A stretch of DNA of 46,000 nt from a bacterium (GTDB lineage Bacteria; Zhuqueibacterota; Zhuqueibacteria; Oceanimicrobiales; Oceanimicrobiaceae): contig JBHHYI010000011.1 in NCBI GenBank assembly GCA_046757525.1, positions 1 to 46,000 on the forward strand. Direction: 5' to 3'. The stretch's first letter is position 1. The number at the start of each line of letters is the position of its first letter. Of this stretch, positions 1-10,143 are shown in pieces. A program made the position numbers and the translations under genes. A model generated the notes under the pieces. That model did not search any database. It worked only from the letters and a program-made list of their open reading frames with translations, and was not told the DNA's origin.

Positions 1-100
1 CGGGACGTATCGAAGGGCGACGGCCGTCACCCCTCGATACGGTCACCTGAGAAGCAGCGACCTACTCGGGATGACTCGCATATTGCTTCCAAGAAACGCC
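1..100. repeat. Dispersed ~100 bp REP/MITE-like repeat, copy 1 (may be truncated by the window edge)
   Basis: Shares CGGGA..TATCGAAG..CCGTCACCCCTCGATACG..CAC.TGA..AGCAG.GACCTACTCG..ATGACT..CGCA...TGCTTCCAA..ACGCC with 11115-11210. Confidence 0.85.
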
Positions 101-125
101 AGTGACCCGGCGCAAAACAGCCCCC

Positions 126-2405
126 TCACCTGAGCAACACCATGGTGCGTGTTTTCTGAAAGCTCTGCCTAATTGCAGCGTGGACCGGCTCAGCCTTCAG
201 AGTCACCAGATAGAGGCCGCTGGCAACAGCCTGGTGCGCAGCGTTGCGGCCGTCCCAGACTTTGCGGTAGCGGCCCGGCGCAGCGACCCCGTCCACCAGC
301 GTCGTGACTTTTTGTCCAAGGGTATTGTAAACGGTCAAAGTCACCCTGGCCGTCACCGGCAGTTGATACTCGATCGTCGTTTGCGGATTAAAAGGGTTCG
401 GGTAGTTTGGCAGCAACGAGAACTTCGAGGGCACCGGACCAGAACCTTCCGGATTGGACGCAACCGCGGTCACCGGAAAGAAAAACCCCAACACCCGCGC
501 CAGCACCTCGTTGCGAGTCTCTTCACCGGTAATGGTTTCAAATGGGAAGGCTAAATAGACCAGTTTCCCCGGCGTGGTGCCATTACCAAAGGTCCCCGCG
601 TACTGAATGCCCGCATTTTTGACCGCGCTGTATTTCAGGTTTATGGTTACGTTTTCACCGAAGGGATTGATGACGTCTGGGAAATCCTCCGGATAAGGCG
701 TCACGCCATAGTCCAGGTTCACGCCCTCAAAAATGGTTCCATCCACGCCAGTAGCCGAGAGGATTTCGGAATCGTCAGCGGCATAATCGGCTTTCAGGTA
801 GGTATGCAAAAACTGCTCGTCCGCTGGCGTGGAACCGCTGGAGGCGTTGTCCTGGTCCAGGTCCCAGGCGATCTCAGAGCCACTAACGAAAAGCATGCCG
901 CCGTTTTCCAGGTAGCTCATGACCAGACTCTGTTCTGCTGAGCTAAACGTTTCCTCATCCGTCGATTCATCACCAAGCAGCCAGAAAACCGCGCGGTAGT
1001 CGTTCAAATCGACCGCTCCACCCACAATGGCCTCGTTGGCGGCGGTGTCGAAGCTGAAACCGTTGGCAACGATGGCCCTGCCGTGGGTAAAGGCGAAGAA
1101 GTGGTTGGGTTGGCTCCAACTGCCGTCCGTGCGGTCAAAGCCGTCGACGATGAGCACTTTTTCAGAAAAATCCCCGTTGCTCATGCCATAGACGTCCGAA
1201 GTCTGGCTTTGGTTCGGCACCGGTGCGTTGTCGACAGCGGTCACGCGGAAGTAGATGTCGCCATTCAAAATCGCATTAAAAGAAGTGTCCACCTGCGTGG
1301 CCCCTAAGGTCGACTCATCGCTCCTCAACGACCAACTGACATTGTCGAAACTAAAATACAATCGGTAGCCTAACAAATCTTCGTCAGCGTTTGGAAACCA
1401 GTTCACATCGAGGCCGTTGGCAATTTCCTTGACCAAACCGAGCACGGGTTGCGCCGGCGGCAGCAGATCCGCGTCTGTCGTTTCCACGTCCACATACAGG
1501 GTGTCGATGTTGTGGCGGGTATCTTCGGTGAAGGCCATGACCACGTAGCGGCCCACGGGCAAGGCGGCGGTGTTCCAAAAGTTGTCCCGCGTGATGTCGT
1601 TGCTCACGATGTACACATGACTGGTAGTGCTGGAGAGCTGATCGAAGTAAACCCGGTGCACGTGAGAATTGCTCGGCTTGGTATCGAATTGGAAGCGCAC
1701 CCCGCCATTGGGCGGCTCAAAAACCACGGTACTGGTGTCGGCTGAGAGAATCTTGTAGCCGATCTTGTAGGTGCCGTTGTTGCGGCGGGAAACCCTGGAA
1801 GTGGGTGGCCCATTTTGTTCGTCCACCTTGACGACGATGTCTACCAAATCGCTCAACTTGTTGGTGGGGAATTCATTGGCTGTGTTGTTTTGAAAGAAAC
1901 GCACGAACCGGATGATCGGCGGCCAGGGGTCTTGCAGCGCGGCGAAGCCGCTGTTGGGCAGCATGCTGTTTTTTTCGGCCCCCACAAAGCCGTTGGTGAA
2001 GTGCACATGTCCTAAACCAGCGAGGATGGTGCCCAGCACCGTCTCCGACGCAAACACCGAATCCCCCACCGCTAACACCGGATTGGGGCCGATGTGCACA
2101 TAGGCCACATCCTGCACGCGGAGGAATGCATTGGAACCAAATTGACTAACCGTGCCGATGGAGGTAACGACCCCATCTTTTACGGGGTAAACCGCAGTGC
2201 CGTCCGGTTCGGGAATATCGGTGCCGTTGTGGAAGTGATCGGCGTTGCCGGTGTCGCGGAACTCGGCAAAGTTACCCGTAATTTCGTGACTGGCATTGAA
2301 GGGCTGCACCGGCCAGGGGAATTGGCTTTGGGCAAACAGTAAGGTGCCAGTGTTTAGCGTCAAAAATGACAACAAGAAGGCCGAGCCAAGTCTGTTCCAT
2401 CTCAT
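126..2405 (-). CDS. Secreted multidomain protein: M23-family peptidase domain, FN3-like domain, C-terminal FlgD-Ig/T9SS-like sorting domain
   Basis: Signal peptide; M23 Zn motifs HNGTD (HxxxD) and HVH; FN3-like 'W..N...DLLGYRLY...YFRVTAVD'; C-terminal 'FSLLPNYPNPFNPQTTIEYQLP...WDGRN...VASGLY'. Confidence 0.8.
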   Translation of the reverse strand: MRWNRLGSAFLLSFLTLNTGTLLFAQSQFPWPVQPFNASHEITGNFAEFRDTGNADHFHNGTDIPEPDGTAVYPVKDGVVTSIGTVSQFGSNAFLRVQDVAYVHIGPNPVLAVGDSVFASETVLGTILAGLGHVHFTNGFVGAEKNSMLPNSGFAALQDPWPPIIRFVRFFQNNTANEFPTNKLSDLVDIVVKVDEQNGPPTSRVSRRNNGTYKIGYKILSADTSTVVFEPPNGGVRFQFDTKPSNSHVHRVYFDQLSSTTSHVYIVSNDITRDNFWNTAALPVGRYVVMAFTEDTRHNIDTLYVDVETTDADLLPPAQPVLGLVKEIANGLDVNWFPNADEDLLGYRLYFSFDNVSWSLRSDESTLGATQVDTSFNAILNGDIYFRVTAVDNAPVPNQSQTSDVYGMSNGDFSEKVLIVDGFDRTDGSWSQPNHFFAFTHGRAIVANGFSFDTAANEAIVGGAVDLNDYRAVFWLLGDESTDEETFSSAEQSLVMSYLENGGMLFVSGSEIAWDLDQDNASSGSTPADEQFLHTYLKADYAADDSEILSATGVDGTIFEGVNLDYGVTPYPEDFPDVINPFGENVTINLKYSAVKNAGIQYAGTFGNGTTPGKLVYLAFPFETITGEETRNEVLARVLGFFFPVTAVASNPEGSGPVPSKFSLLPNYPNPFNPQTTIEYQLPVTARVTLTVYNTLGQKVTTLVDGVAAPGRYRKVWDGRNAAHQAVASGLYLVTLKAEPVHAAIRQSFQKTRTMVLLR

Positions 2406-3658
2406 TGCTTAGACCCGTAGATACGATAGGAGTTTCCGAATCCGACCACGAGGTGGCGGTGGTCGGCTGAAAGCTCAAGAACGGGCTTTTCGAACGATTC
2501 GCCCTCCAGGTCGATTTCCTGCTGCAACTGGCCCGCACGATCCACCACCTTGACGCGGGGCTTCGTAAACAAGAAGACGCCTTGTTGAAATTGATTCTTC
2601 GCCATTAGAAGGGCTGCGTATTCTCCTGCGTTGGAGAGGCCGATCGCTGCAATCATGCCCTGGCTTCTTGGTAGCCTCTCGGTCCAGACGATTTGCCCGC
2701 TTGCCGATTGGACCAGCGTGGCGGCGTTGTTTTCGGCCAGCAGCACATATTTGGCATCGGGCGAGAAAGCGGCGTATTTGAAAAGCAGGTCGAAGCTGCC
2801 GGTCCGTTTGCCGTCCTGGGAGAACAACAAGCTCTGCTTGTTTACTTGACCCTGCTGGTCCACGGTGTAGCAGTTTGCGACGATAACTTCGCCATGCGCG
2901 GAAATGGCGGTAGCCGCAGTGTTAAATCCTGGCAAAGGTGCACTCCACAGTTGTTCTCCGAATGGTGTGAACAAGAACAGGTACGGCTCGCCGGAAGGGT
3001 TGGGAGCCTCTGCGCCCCACGGTGCACCGCCGCGTTTGCTGGCTCCCACTGCCAGCAGGGTCCCATCCTCGCTCAAATCGAGATACAGGCTTCGTTCCAG
3101 GTCGTAAGCCGCGCCTGGAAACAGGGTGACTTCCTTGTTCAGAACGCCGTGCTGGCCATAAAACCGCAGCGTGCCTGTGCTGTTCCGGCCCAAAATAACC
3201 AGACCTTTCTGGTTAGAAACGACCACCACCGGCAACGAATCGTCGAAGTACTGTTTTTGGTTCAGGGAATAAAGCTTTTCTGTCGTAGCTGAATCATAAA
3301 GCTCTAAACGTAAGAACTTGTCGCCATTCCCTGCTTTTTCGGTTTGACGCAAACTCACGACGGCAAATTGACGTCCGTGTTCAGAAAAAACCGTGCTTAA
3401 ATAGCCTGCGGGCAAGGAGAGCTTTTTGGGCGGCGCTCCGTTGAACCATCTGATCTGCTCCTGCTGCACGGCGACGGCTGCGAAGCCGGGTTCTGCGGCA
3501 CGAGGTGGAAAAAGCCAGGACTTCACTGGTTGGTGAAAATCTCGTGAGGCCAACAACTCGAACCGCACCGTTGGTTCTGTTTGCTGTTGACTCAACAAAG
3601 CCGATGGTAAAGCTACACAAAAACTCACACAGATGAGCTTTGTGAAAGAGACCTTCAT
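2402..3658 (-). CDS. Secreted beta-propeller (WD40/PQQ-like) protein
   Basis: 418 aa ORF with signal peptide; repeats such as 'LDLSEDGTLLAVG', 'AISAHGEVIVA', 'AAFSPDAKYVLL', 'LSADHRHLVVG'; ATGA overlap with the downstream gene. Confidence 0.7.
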   Translation of the reverse strand: MKVSFTKLICVSFCVALPSALLSQQQTEPTVRFELLASRDFHQPVKSWLFPPRAAEPGFAAVAVQQEQIRWFNGAPPKKLSLPAGYLSTVFSEHGRQFAVVSLRQTEKAGNGDKFLRLELYDSATTEKLYSLNQKQYFDDSLPVVVVSNQKGLVILGRNSTGTLRFYGQHGVLNKEVTLFPGAAYDLERSLYLDLSEDGTLLAVGASKRGGAPWGAEAPNPSGEPYLFLFTPFGEQLWSAPLPGFNTAATAISAHGEVIVANCYTVDQQGQVNKQSLLFSQDGKRTGSFDLLFKYAAFSPDAKYVLLAENNAATLVQSASGQIVWTERLPRSQGMIAAIGLSNAGEYAALLMAKNQFQQGVFLFTKPRVKVVDRAGQLQQEIDLEGESFEKPVLELSADHRHLVVGFGNSYRIYGSKQ

Positions 3659-3702
3659 AGAGTTTTCCCTTGCTGGTGGCAGGTACCCTCTTTAGTAATC
3701 AA

Positions 3703-3731
3703 AATATACTCAGATATTGCCAGAGAATCAA
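3703..3731 (-). promoter_or_regulatory. Putative sigma70 promoter for the 3658 operon
   Basis: TTGATT-N17-TATATT on the minus strand, ~45 bp upstream of the ATG. Confidence 0.5.
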
Positions 3732-3802
3732 CTGCAAAAAACCATTTATTGGCATTAAATGGCTTCGGCACATTCTCAACCATTCAGAGCCACATTTTCG
3801 GG

Positions 3803-3831
3803 TTGATTTTAGTCGTAGGATTGTTTATATT
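3803..3831 (+). promoter_or_regulatory. Putative divergent sigma70 promoter
   Basis: TTGATT-N17-TATATT on the plus strand. Confidence 0.45.
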
Positions 3832-3879
3832 TTCTTAGGTTATTTGAGATAAGTAGTGCCTGACTGAAAACTCCAAAAG

Positions 3880-4000
3880 TGTCATTTCGACCCTGATTTT
3901 CTTCCTTTAAAAAAATAATAATAGAGAAAATCAGGGGAGAAATCTGGTTTAGTGCACTTGTCAGATTTCTCGACTCCACTTCGTTCCGCTCGAAATGACA
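3880..4000. repeat. Nested palindromic (REP-like) element
   Basis: Outer inverted repeat TGTCATTTCGA (3880-3890)/TCGAAATGACA (3990-4000); inner CCCTGATTTTCT/AGAAAATCAGGG and GAGAAATCTG/CAGATTTCTC stems. Confidence 0.8.
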
Positions 4001-4427
4001 ATTTTGGGCTTAAGTTGACGCACATGGGCAACTATCGGACAAAAGAGAAATTTTGTTTGGCGAGTACTTGTTGTTTGGTGTTAAGCCAGATTTCTCCGTC
4101 GCTTCTTGCGGCCAAATTGACAGGTCCCGCTGAAGAGTGTTCTCTCAATCGCAAAGTAAATGAACCCGGGGCCTTTTGAGGCGATTTCCCAGAATAACGG
4201 GTAACCAATAGTTTGGGGTAGCCCGGGTTAATTCGCCGCGCATTTCAAAATCTGGATCAAAGGATTTGCGCAGGAATTTACTGAAAAACTTTGACATGTC
4301 GGGGAATGAAATCGAAGATACGCTTGTCCAATGGTTAAGGAAAGTGGCCTCTACCGGGCACTAACCGTTTTACTTCGTCAAATCACACTGAGCTGTAAAA
4401 GTGAATCACAAAAAACACAGGTATTAA

Positions 4428-5615
4428 ATGAAGCAGTCAAGAACGCAGTTATTGATCGGCATAGGGATTATCGTCCTCTCCACGGCTGGATTTTTCTTTT
4501 ACAAGAACGGCAAAATAGAAGATGCCAAGGGAGATGCGCCCAAGTACAAAGAGATGGCTGTTGAACGAGGGATGTTCCAAATCGTGGTTTCGGCCAGCGG
4601 CCTGGTGCAACCCATTGATCGCGTGGAAATCAAATCCAAGGCCAGCGGGCGTATCGATCAACTGCCCGTGGAAGAAGGGGACTTTGTCAAGAAAGGTGCC
4701 CTCATTGCACGACTGGACCAAACCGATGTACGTGCAGAAGTGGACCAGGCGCAAGCGGATCTGGAAATTGCGCAAGCAGAGCTCAAGCAAGCTCAGCACA
4801 CCTTCGACCGCCGCGACCAGCTTTTTCAGAAGGGGCTTATTTCCGCTGAAGAGAGAGACCAGATCGAACTCACGCTGGCCCAGGCCAAAGGCAGGTTGAT
4901 TCGCGCGCGCACCGCTTTAGACCAGGCCCAGGTGCGCTTAAACGACACCATCGTGCGGGCACCCATCAGCGGCATCATCCTACAAAAATATGTCGAAGAA
5001 GGCCAGATTATCTCTTCTGGCATCAGCAACGTTGGCGGCGGTTCCCCCATCGCCGATATTGCTGATATGAAGGCCGTTTACATCGAGGCTGGCATCGATG
5101 AAATAGATGTTGGCAAGGTCCGCATCGGACAACCTGCCAAGGTGGTCGCGGACGCCTTCCCGCAGACGACCTTTTCCGGCCAAATCATCCGCATCGCCCC
5201 GGAAGCAAAAGTGGAACAAAATGTGACCCTCTTTGATGTAGTCATCGCAGTGGCAAACAAAAATGGCAAGCTAAAATCTGGCATGAACGCCACGGTAGAT
5301 ATCACCATCGTCAGGAAGGAGGATGTGCTGCTGGTGCCCACCATGGCACTCAAGAAGCCCCAGAGTCGCAAGGCGCCGCGCAACGTACGCCGGGTCTTGT
5401 TAAAACAGGATGGTGAATTCAAACCGCACAAAGTTGAGATCGGCCTTTCAGACTTCAAGCATGCCATCGTTCTCTCGGGGTTGCAGGAAAACGATATCGT
5501 AGGCATCCCCATGTTCTCGCGGCTCAAAGCCGCAAATGAACGCCTGGAACGGATGATCAAGAGCAGCAGAAGCTTCGGAACCAGCGGCTCTCAATCAAGC
5601 TCGCGCCGAAAATAA
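4428..5615 (+). CDS. Efflux periplasmic adaptor subunit (MacA/HlyD family membrane fusion protein)
   Basis: N-terminal TM helix; lipoyl-like 'GRIDQLPVEEGDFVKKG', coiled hairpin, 'VRAPISG', 'LKSGMNATV'. Confidence 0.9.
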   Translation: MKQSRTQLLIGIGIIVLSTAGFFFYKNGKIEDAKGDAPKYKEMAVERGMFQIVVSASGLVQPIDRVEIKSKASGRIDQLPVEEGDFVKKGALIARLDQTDVRAEVDQAQADLEIAQAELKQAQHTFDRRDQLFQKGLISAEERDQIELTLAQAKGRLIRARTALDQAQVRLNDTIVRAPISGIILQKYVEEGQIISSGISNVGGGSPIADIADMKAVYIEAGIDEIDVGKVRIGQPAKVVADAFPQTTFSGQIIRIAPEAKVEQNVTLFDVVIAVANKNGKLKSGMNATVDITIVRKEDVLLVPTMALKKPQSRKAPRNVRRVLLKQDGEFKPHKVEIGLSDFKHAIVLSGLQENDIVGIPMFSRLKAANERLERMIKSSRSFGTSGSQSSSRRK

Positions 5616-5650
5616 TCGGCAAACTTTTGAACTTAATCCCCAGATAGACC

Positions 5651-6850
5651 ATGATTGTAACCGAAAACGTTTTAGTTGCGCTGCAAAGTCTAAGGTCCAA
5701 TCCATTAAGATCTGTGTTGACCTTGATTGGCATCGCGGTAGGAATTGCAGCCGTCCTCTACGTCGTAACCTTAGGTGAAATCACACAGATGCGCATTAAG
5801 CAACGTCTGGATTCCCTCGGTACCAATGTGCTCAGCATTCGACCCGGCTATTCCCGCCATCACGGCGTTCGCACTTCTGCAAGTGTCATAAATCTGACCT
5901 GGAAGGATGCCCAAGAGATCCAAGAGACTTCCAAGGTGATCGATACCACGGTCCCGAGCTATTCCAATAATGGCGCATTAGAATACAAAGACAAAAACTG
6001 GACATCTCGAATCACGGGTAGCACGCCACTATTCCAAACCGTCAACAATTACAAGACCGTGGAAGGCCGCTTTTTCAACGATGATGAACTTACCGAACGT
6101 GCGCGCGTTTGTGTGCTGGGCGCAACAGTACACGATGAGCTTTTCGGCGAGGCGTCTCCCATCGGTGAATATATCACCATCAACTCCAAACGCTTCCAGG
6201 TAATTGGGCTTTTGGAGGCCAAAGGGGAGAGCTGGACCAACCCTGATGACCAGGTGTTTATCCCCATAACCACCGCTCAAGAGCGTCTGTTCGGCGTGGA
6301 TTATCTCAACACCATCTGGGCCCAAATGCTGCATGCCGAAGACTACGATGAAGCGCTCTTCGATATTGAACACGCACTCAGAACCAACCATCGGCTGCGC
6401 CCCGACCAGGAAAACGACTTTCGAGTCAGACGCCAGGATTTCTACCTTTCCACCATTCAGGAAACCAACGAAGAAATCGCAGATTTTATCATCATCATCG
6501 CCCTGGTTTCACTGGTCGTTGGAGGTATTGGCATAGCCAACGTCATGCTGGTGTCGGTAACCGAACGCATTCGCGAGATCGGCATTCGGCGCGCCATCGG
6601 TGCAAAAAAAATCTTCATCATCGCCCAATTCCTGGTTGAAGCCATGGTCCTGGGTATCGTTGGCGGACTGCTGGGCATCCTGGCCGGCATCACTCTCAAC
6701 GAAATCAACCTGGGCGAGCAATTAGTCCTACCCTGGCAGTGGATAGGCTACAGTTTTATGATTTGTGCAAGTATTGGAGTCATTGCAGGGCTGTACCCCG
6801 CTTTGCGGGCAGCCAATGCCAACGTGATTGAAGCCCTCCGATATGAATAA
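5651..6850 (+). CDS. MacB/FtsX-family ABC transporter permease
   Basis: 'RSVLTLIGIAVGIAAV', periplasmic domain, 'GGIGIANVMLVSVTERIREIGIRRAIGA', 'GLYPALRAA'. Confidence 0.92.
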   Translation: MIVTENVLVALQSLRSNPLRSVLTLIGIAVGIAAVLYVVTLGEITQMRIKQRLDSLGTNVLSIRPGYSRHHGVRTSASVINLTWKDAQEIQETSKVIDTTVPSYSNNGALEYKDKNWTSRITGSTPLFQTVNNYKTVEGRFFNDDELTERARVCVLGATVHDELFGEASPIGEYITINSKRFQVIGLLEAKGESWTNPDDQVFIPITTAQERLFGVDYLNTIWAQMLHAEDYDEALFDIEHALRTNHRLRPDQENDFRVRRQDFYLSTIQETNEEIADFIIIIALVSLVVGGIGIANVMLVSVTERIREIGIRRAIGAKKIFIIAQFLVEAMVLGIVGGLLGILAGITLNEINLGEQLVLPWQWIGYSFMICASIGVIAGLYPALRAANANVIEALRYE

Positions 6851-6897
6851 GGTCTTATCCAGAAACGTTGTCACCGAATTTCTGTAACCAAAACTGA

Positions 6898-7761
6898 ATG
6901 AGCCTGGCAAATCGAGAAAGGACCATAGTTCCAAAGGGAATATTGAGCCCAACTATAAGACCTGCGGATTTTCAAAACTGGCATGCCTACTACTCGCGTT
7001 ATCAGTACCTGTTGGCTAAAGAATACATTTGTCCACTTTTGCAAACCTGGCAGGTGCCCATCGCCGGGGCGCGTGTCTTAGACGTCGGTTGTGGCGACGG
7101 TGGTTTCGACCACGCGTTGGTGGACCTGGGAGCCCGGTGTTTAGGCGTAGACATCAAGCCCTTCGGCTGGGACGCGCACCCGGCCGACAAACTCCGTTTC
7201 ATAACAGGGGACTTCTGCAAGCCCGACATTCTCACGGAAATCCAGGTTAAATTCAATTTAGCGATTATTAGAGATGTTATTGAACACATTTTTGACAAAG
7301 AAGCGTTTCTCAGAAACATCCTTTCCGTACTCGAAGATGACGGAAAACTGTTCTGCTCATTCCCGCCATTTTACTCGCCGTTTGGTGCGCACCAGCAAGT
7401 TTTTCTGAAATCGAAGCTAAAGGCCGTACCTTTCTTACACTGGCTGCCCGACAGGCCGTACGTTTGGCTGGTGAGTCACGCTGAACATGGCAGGGAGCAC
7501 TGGGCTGAAATGTTGGACATTCGCAAAACACGAACCAGCATTCGTCTCTTCAAAGCCTTGATCAAGAAATTCGACTTGAAGGTACTTGGTGCAAAATACT
7601 ACCTGTTTCGGCCCACGTTTCGCATTCGCTACGGACTGCCTACTCTGGAGGCCTTTTGGGGCAAAATTCCGTGGGTGAACGAAATCTCGGTTACCGGCGT
7701 TTACTTCTTGTTGGGTCGTGCAAGATTACAAGAACAACTTTTGGCGAAAAAGCAATCTTAA
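6898..7761 (+). CDS. Class I SAM-dependent methyltransferase
   Basis: Motif I 'VLDVGCGDGG', 'DVIEH'; start codon uncertain. Confidence 0.85.
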   Translation: MSLANRERTIVPKGILSPTIRPADFQNWHAYYSRYQYLLAKEYICPLLQTWQVPIAGARVLDVGCGDGGFDHALVDLGARCLGVDIKPFGWDAHPADKLRFITGDFCKPDILTEIQVKFNLAIIRDVIEHIFDKEAFLRNILSVLEDDGKLFCSFPPFYSPFGAHQQVFLKSKLKAVPFLHWLPDRPYVWLVSHAEHGREHWAEMLDIRKTRTSIRLFKALIKKFDLKVLGAKYYLFRPTFRIRYGLPTLEAFWGKIPWVNEISVTGVYFLLGRARLQEQLLAKKQS

Positions 7762-7806
7762 TAGTCAATCCTATTTTTAACCTTTAGATATACGAGCAGA
7801 GGGTTT

Positions 7807-8688
7807 ATGTACACAATCACGGGTGCCACGGGAAACATCGGTAAAGTCATTGCCAGGAATCTGTTGCAACGCGGCGAAAAGGTGCGCGTAATCGGCAGAA
7901 ATGCGGAAAGACTGCAAACCTTTGCAGAAAAAGGCGCAGAAGTGGCTGTGGGGTCTCAAGACGATTTAGAATTTCTCACCAACGCCTTTCGTGGAGCCAC
8001 GGCGGTCTACTACATGACACCGCTCAGCTACGCCGCTGAAGATTTCACGGCCCACCAGAATGAATTAGGTGAAGTGGCTCAAAAAGCGATCCAGGCCACT
8101 GGTGTATCGCACGTTGTCAATCTATCCAGCATGGGCGCCCATTTAGGCGACGGCGTCGGCCCGGTCAACGGGCTGTATGACGTGGAGCAGCTTCTCGACG
8201 AGACGGACGCCAACGTTGTGCACTTGCGGCCGACCTTTTTCATGGAGAATTTCTACCAATCCATCCCTTCGATTAAGTCGGAAGGCATCATAGCCAATCC
8301 TCTGCGTGAGGACCTGGCCATGCCCATGATCGCCACACGCGACATTGGAAACGTGGCGGCGAAGTTGCTGATCGCACACGATTGGCAAGGTACGCAAGAG
8401 AGGGAATTGTTGGGACCACAGAACTACACCTGTCCACAAGTCGCCCAAATTCTGGGCAAGGCAATCAACCGCGAAGTCAAATTTGTAAGAATCCCACCAG
8501 AGCAGATGCGCCAAGGATTGCTGGCTGCCGGCATTTCAGCAAGCCTTGCAGACTTGCTGCTGGAGATGTATGAAGCTCTCAACCTCGAAGTCATGGTGCC
8601 CACGGAAATGCGCAATCCAGAAAACAGCACGCCCACCACGATGGAGGAATTTGCGCAAGCGTTTGCTCAGGCGTACCGCCAGAGTTGA
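7807..8688 (+). CDS. NmrA-like / atypical SDR NAD(P)H-binding protein
   Basis: N-terminal Rossmann 'ITGATGNIG', 'LRPTFFMEN', 'IATRDIG'. Confidence 0.88.
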   Translation: MYTITGATGNIGKVIARNLLQRGEKVRVIGRNAERLQTFAEKGAEVAVGSQDDLEFLTNAFRGATAVYYMTPLSYAAEDFTAHQNELGEVAQKAIQATGVSHVVNLSSMGAHLGDGVGPVNGLYDVEQLLDETDANVVHLRPTFFMENFYQSIPSIKSEGIIANPLREDLAMPMIATRDIGNVAAKLLIAHDWQGTQERELLGPQNYTCPQVAQILGKAINREVKFVRIPPEQMRQGLLAAGISASLADLLLEMYEALNLEVMVPTEMRNPENSTPTTMEEFAQAFAQAYRQS

Positions 8689-8763
8689 GCGAAGCCTATG
8701 ATCAATACGAATAGCGAACCATTTGCGCCGCCTGCTTAACGCTTGCGTAGAAAGTGTGTGACT

Positions 8764-10137
8764 TTATTTTGCATAATTGAATAACTTTTTAGGCAAGGGA
8801 ATGGTGAAAATAGAGAGCTTACGATACACCAGATACGCAGAGACCAAATTCATGAACGCAACGCTAATTGCATTGGCGGCGGCCGCGCCTATGATTCCAA
8901 AATTCTCGATGAGCACAACGTTCAGCACCAGGTTCAAGGCGGCCGAAACGATGATGTTATTGCGCATGAGCTTTTCATGTCCGGTCATGATGAGCAAATA
9001 GCCAACCGAACCCGTGACCACATTGACAAATTGCCCCACAGCGAGTATGGACAATGCGGGCGCGCCAGATGTAAACTCGGGTCCGTAAAGGCCCAAAATC
9101 CAGGCCGGGACCACGATGAAAAGCAGCAATACCGGCGCGGTGACCAGGGTCATGAACTTGGCAGCATTCCTGGCCAGAGCACTTAGCTCTTGTAGCTGAT
9201 TTTGTGCATACAGCGCCGCAAATTTTGGCGCTACGATGGTGTTCACAGCAAACAGGACAAAGCTGGTAAGCATGGAAACCCGCAGCGCGGCACCGTAGAC
9301 CCCCACAAGTTTGCTGTTGGCCAACATACCCAGTATGACGGTGTCGGCGTTGCCGATGACCCAATTCATCAAAGCTACCCAAAACAGGGGCAGACTCGTA
9401 GAGACAAGCAGCCGCGTGTCGAAGTGACCGGCAACGCCCTTGATCCGCAAAGTGGCCCGACGCCACAAAAAATATCCCAATGCGAGCACGACAACCGTGG
9501 CAAACAGGTAGGCCGCCACAGCCCCATTCACCCCTAATCTGCTGCCAATCAGGGCTAAAACAGGCAAGCTAATAATGGGGATGCCAGCCGCTTGAATAAA
9601 CACCGCGTCTCGAATCTTCTTTAATCCCTTGAGCAACTCGGCATAGATGTTTACTAAGCTCAGAGGCCAGACGCTCAGAGTCATCAGCCGCAGGGGTGCT
9701 GCAAGATTGGGCTTGGCAAAAACGTGCTCGGCAATCCAGGAAGCTCCGAGGAACACGACCACAGTTACGACCGCTGCGGCTCCTGCTGCAATCTTAATGC
9801 CCTGGCGGTAAGCTCCGGCAACTTTGGCCCAGTCGCCCTGCTCTGAACTGTCGGCCACAAAGCGCAGCAAGGCGTTGCCCAATCCCAGGCGACCGAAGAT
9901 CGTGGAAATCGTGACCACAGTCAGCGCTAAATAATAAATTCCAGCGCCTTTTGCACCCAACAGTCGGGCCAGCAAAACATTAAAACCAAAGCCCAGTCCT
10001 ACACCAAGCAGGCGCAAGATGAAAGCCACACTGGCCCCACGCACGACCTCTTTCATGTGTTGGTCGAGCTGCGACAGCCAGGGTATACGTCGACTCAATG
10101 CAATAATAATGTTCAAAGGATTTAACGCATCTTTCAA
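8764..10137 (-). CDS. Polysaccharide flippase (Wzx/MOP family)
   Basis: Many TM helices; 'LARLLGAKGAGIY', 'VGVYGAA', 'NLVLNVVLI..FGIIGAA'; the start could be the ATG at 10056. Confidence 0.88.
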   Translation of the reverse strand: MKDALNPLNIIIALSRRIPWLSQLDQHMKEVVRGASVAFILRLLGVGLGFGFNVLLARLLGAKGAGIYYLALTVVTISTIFGRLGLGNALLRFVADSSEQGDWAKVAGAYRQGIKIAAGAAAVVTVVVFLGASWIAEHVFAKPNLAAPLRLMTLSVWPLSLVNIYAELLKGLKKIRDAVFIQAAGIPIISLPVLALIGSRLGVNGAVAAYLFATVVVLALGYFLWRRATLRIKGVAGHFDTRLLVSTSLPLFWVALMNWVIGNADTVILGMLANSKLVGVYGAALRVSMLTSFVLFAVNTIVAPKFAALYAQNQLQELSALARNAAKFMTLVTAPVLLLFIVVPAWILGLYGPEFTSGAPALSILAVGQFVNVVTGSVGYLLIMTGHEKLMRNNIIVSAALNLVLNVVLIENFGIIGAAAANAISVAFMNLVSAYLVYRKLSIFTIPLPKKLFNYAK

Positions 10138-10143
10138 AAATGA

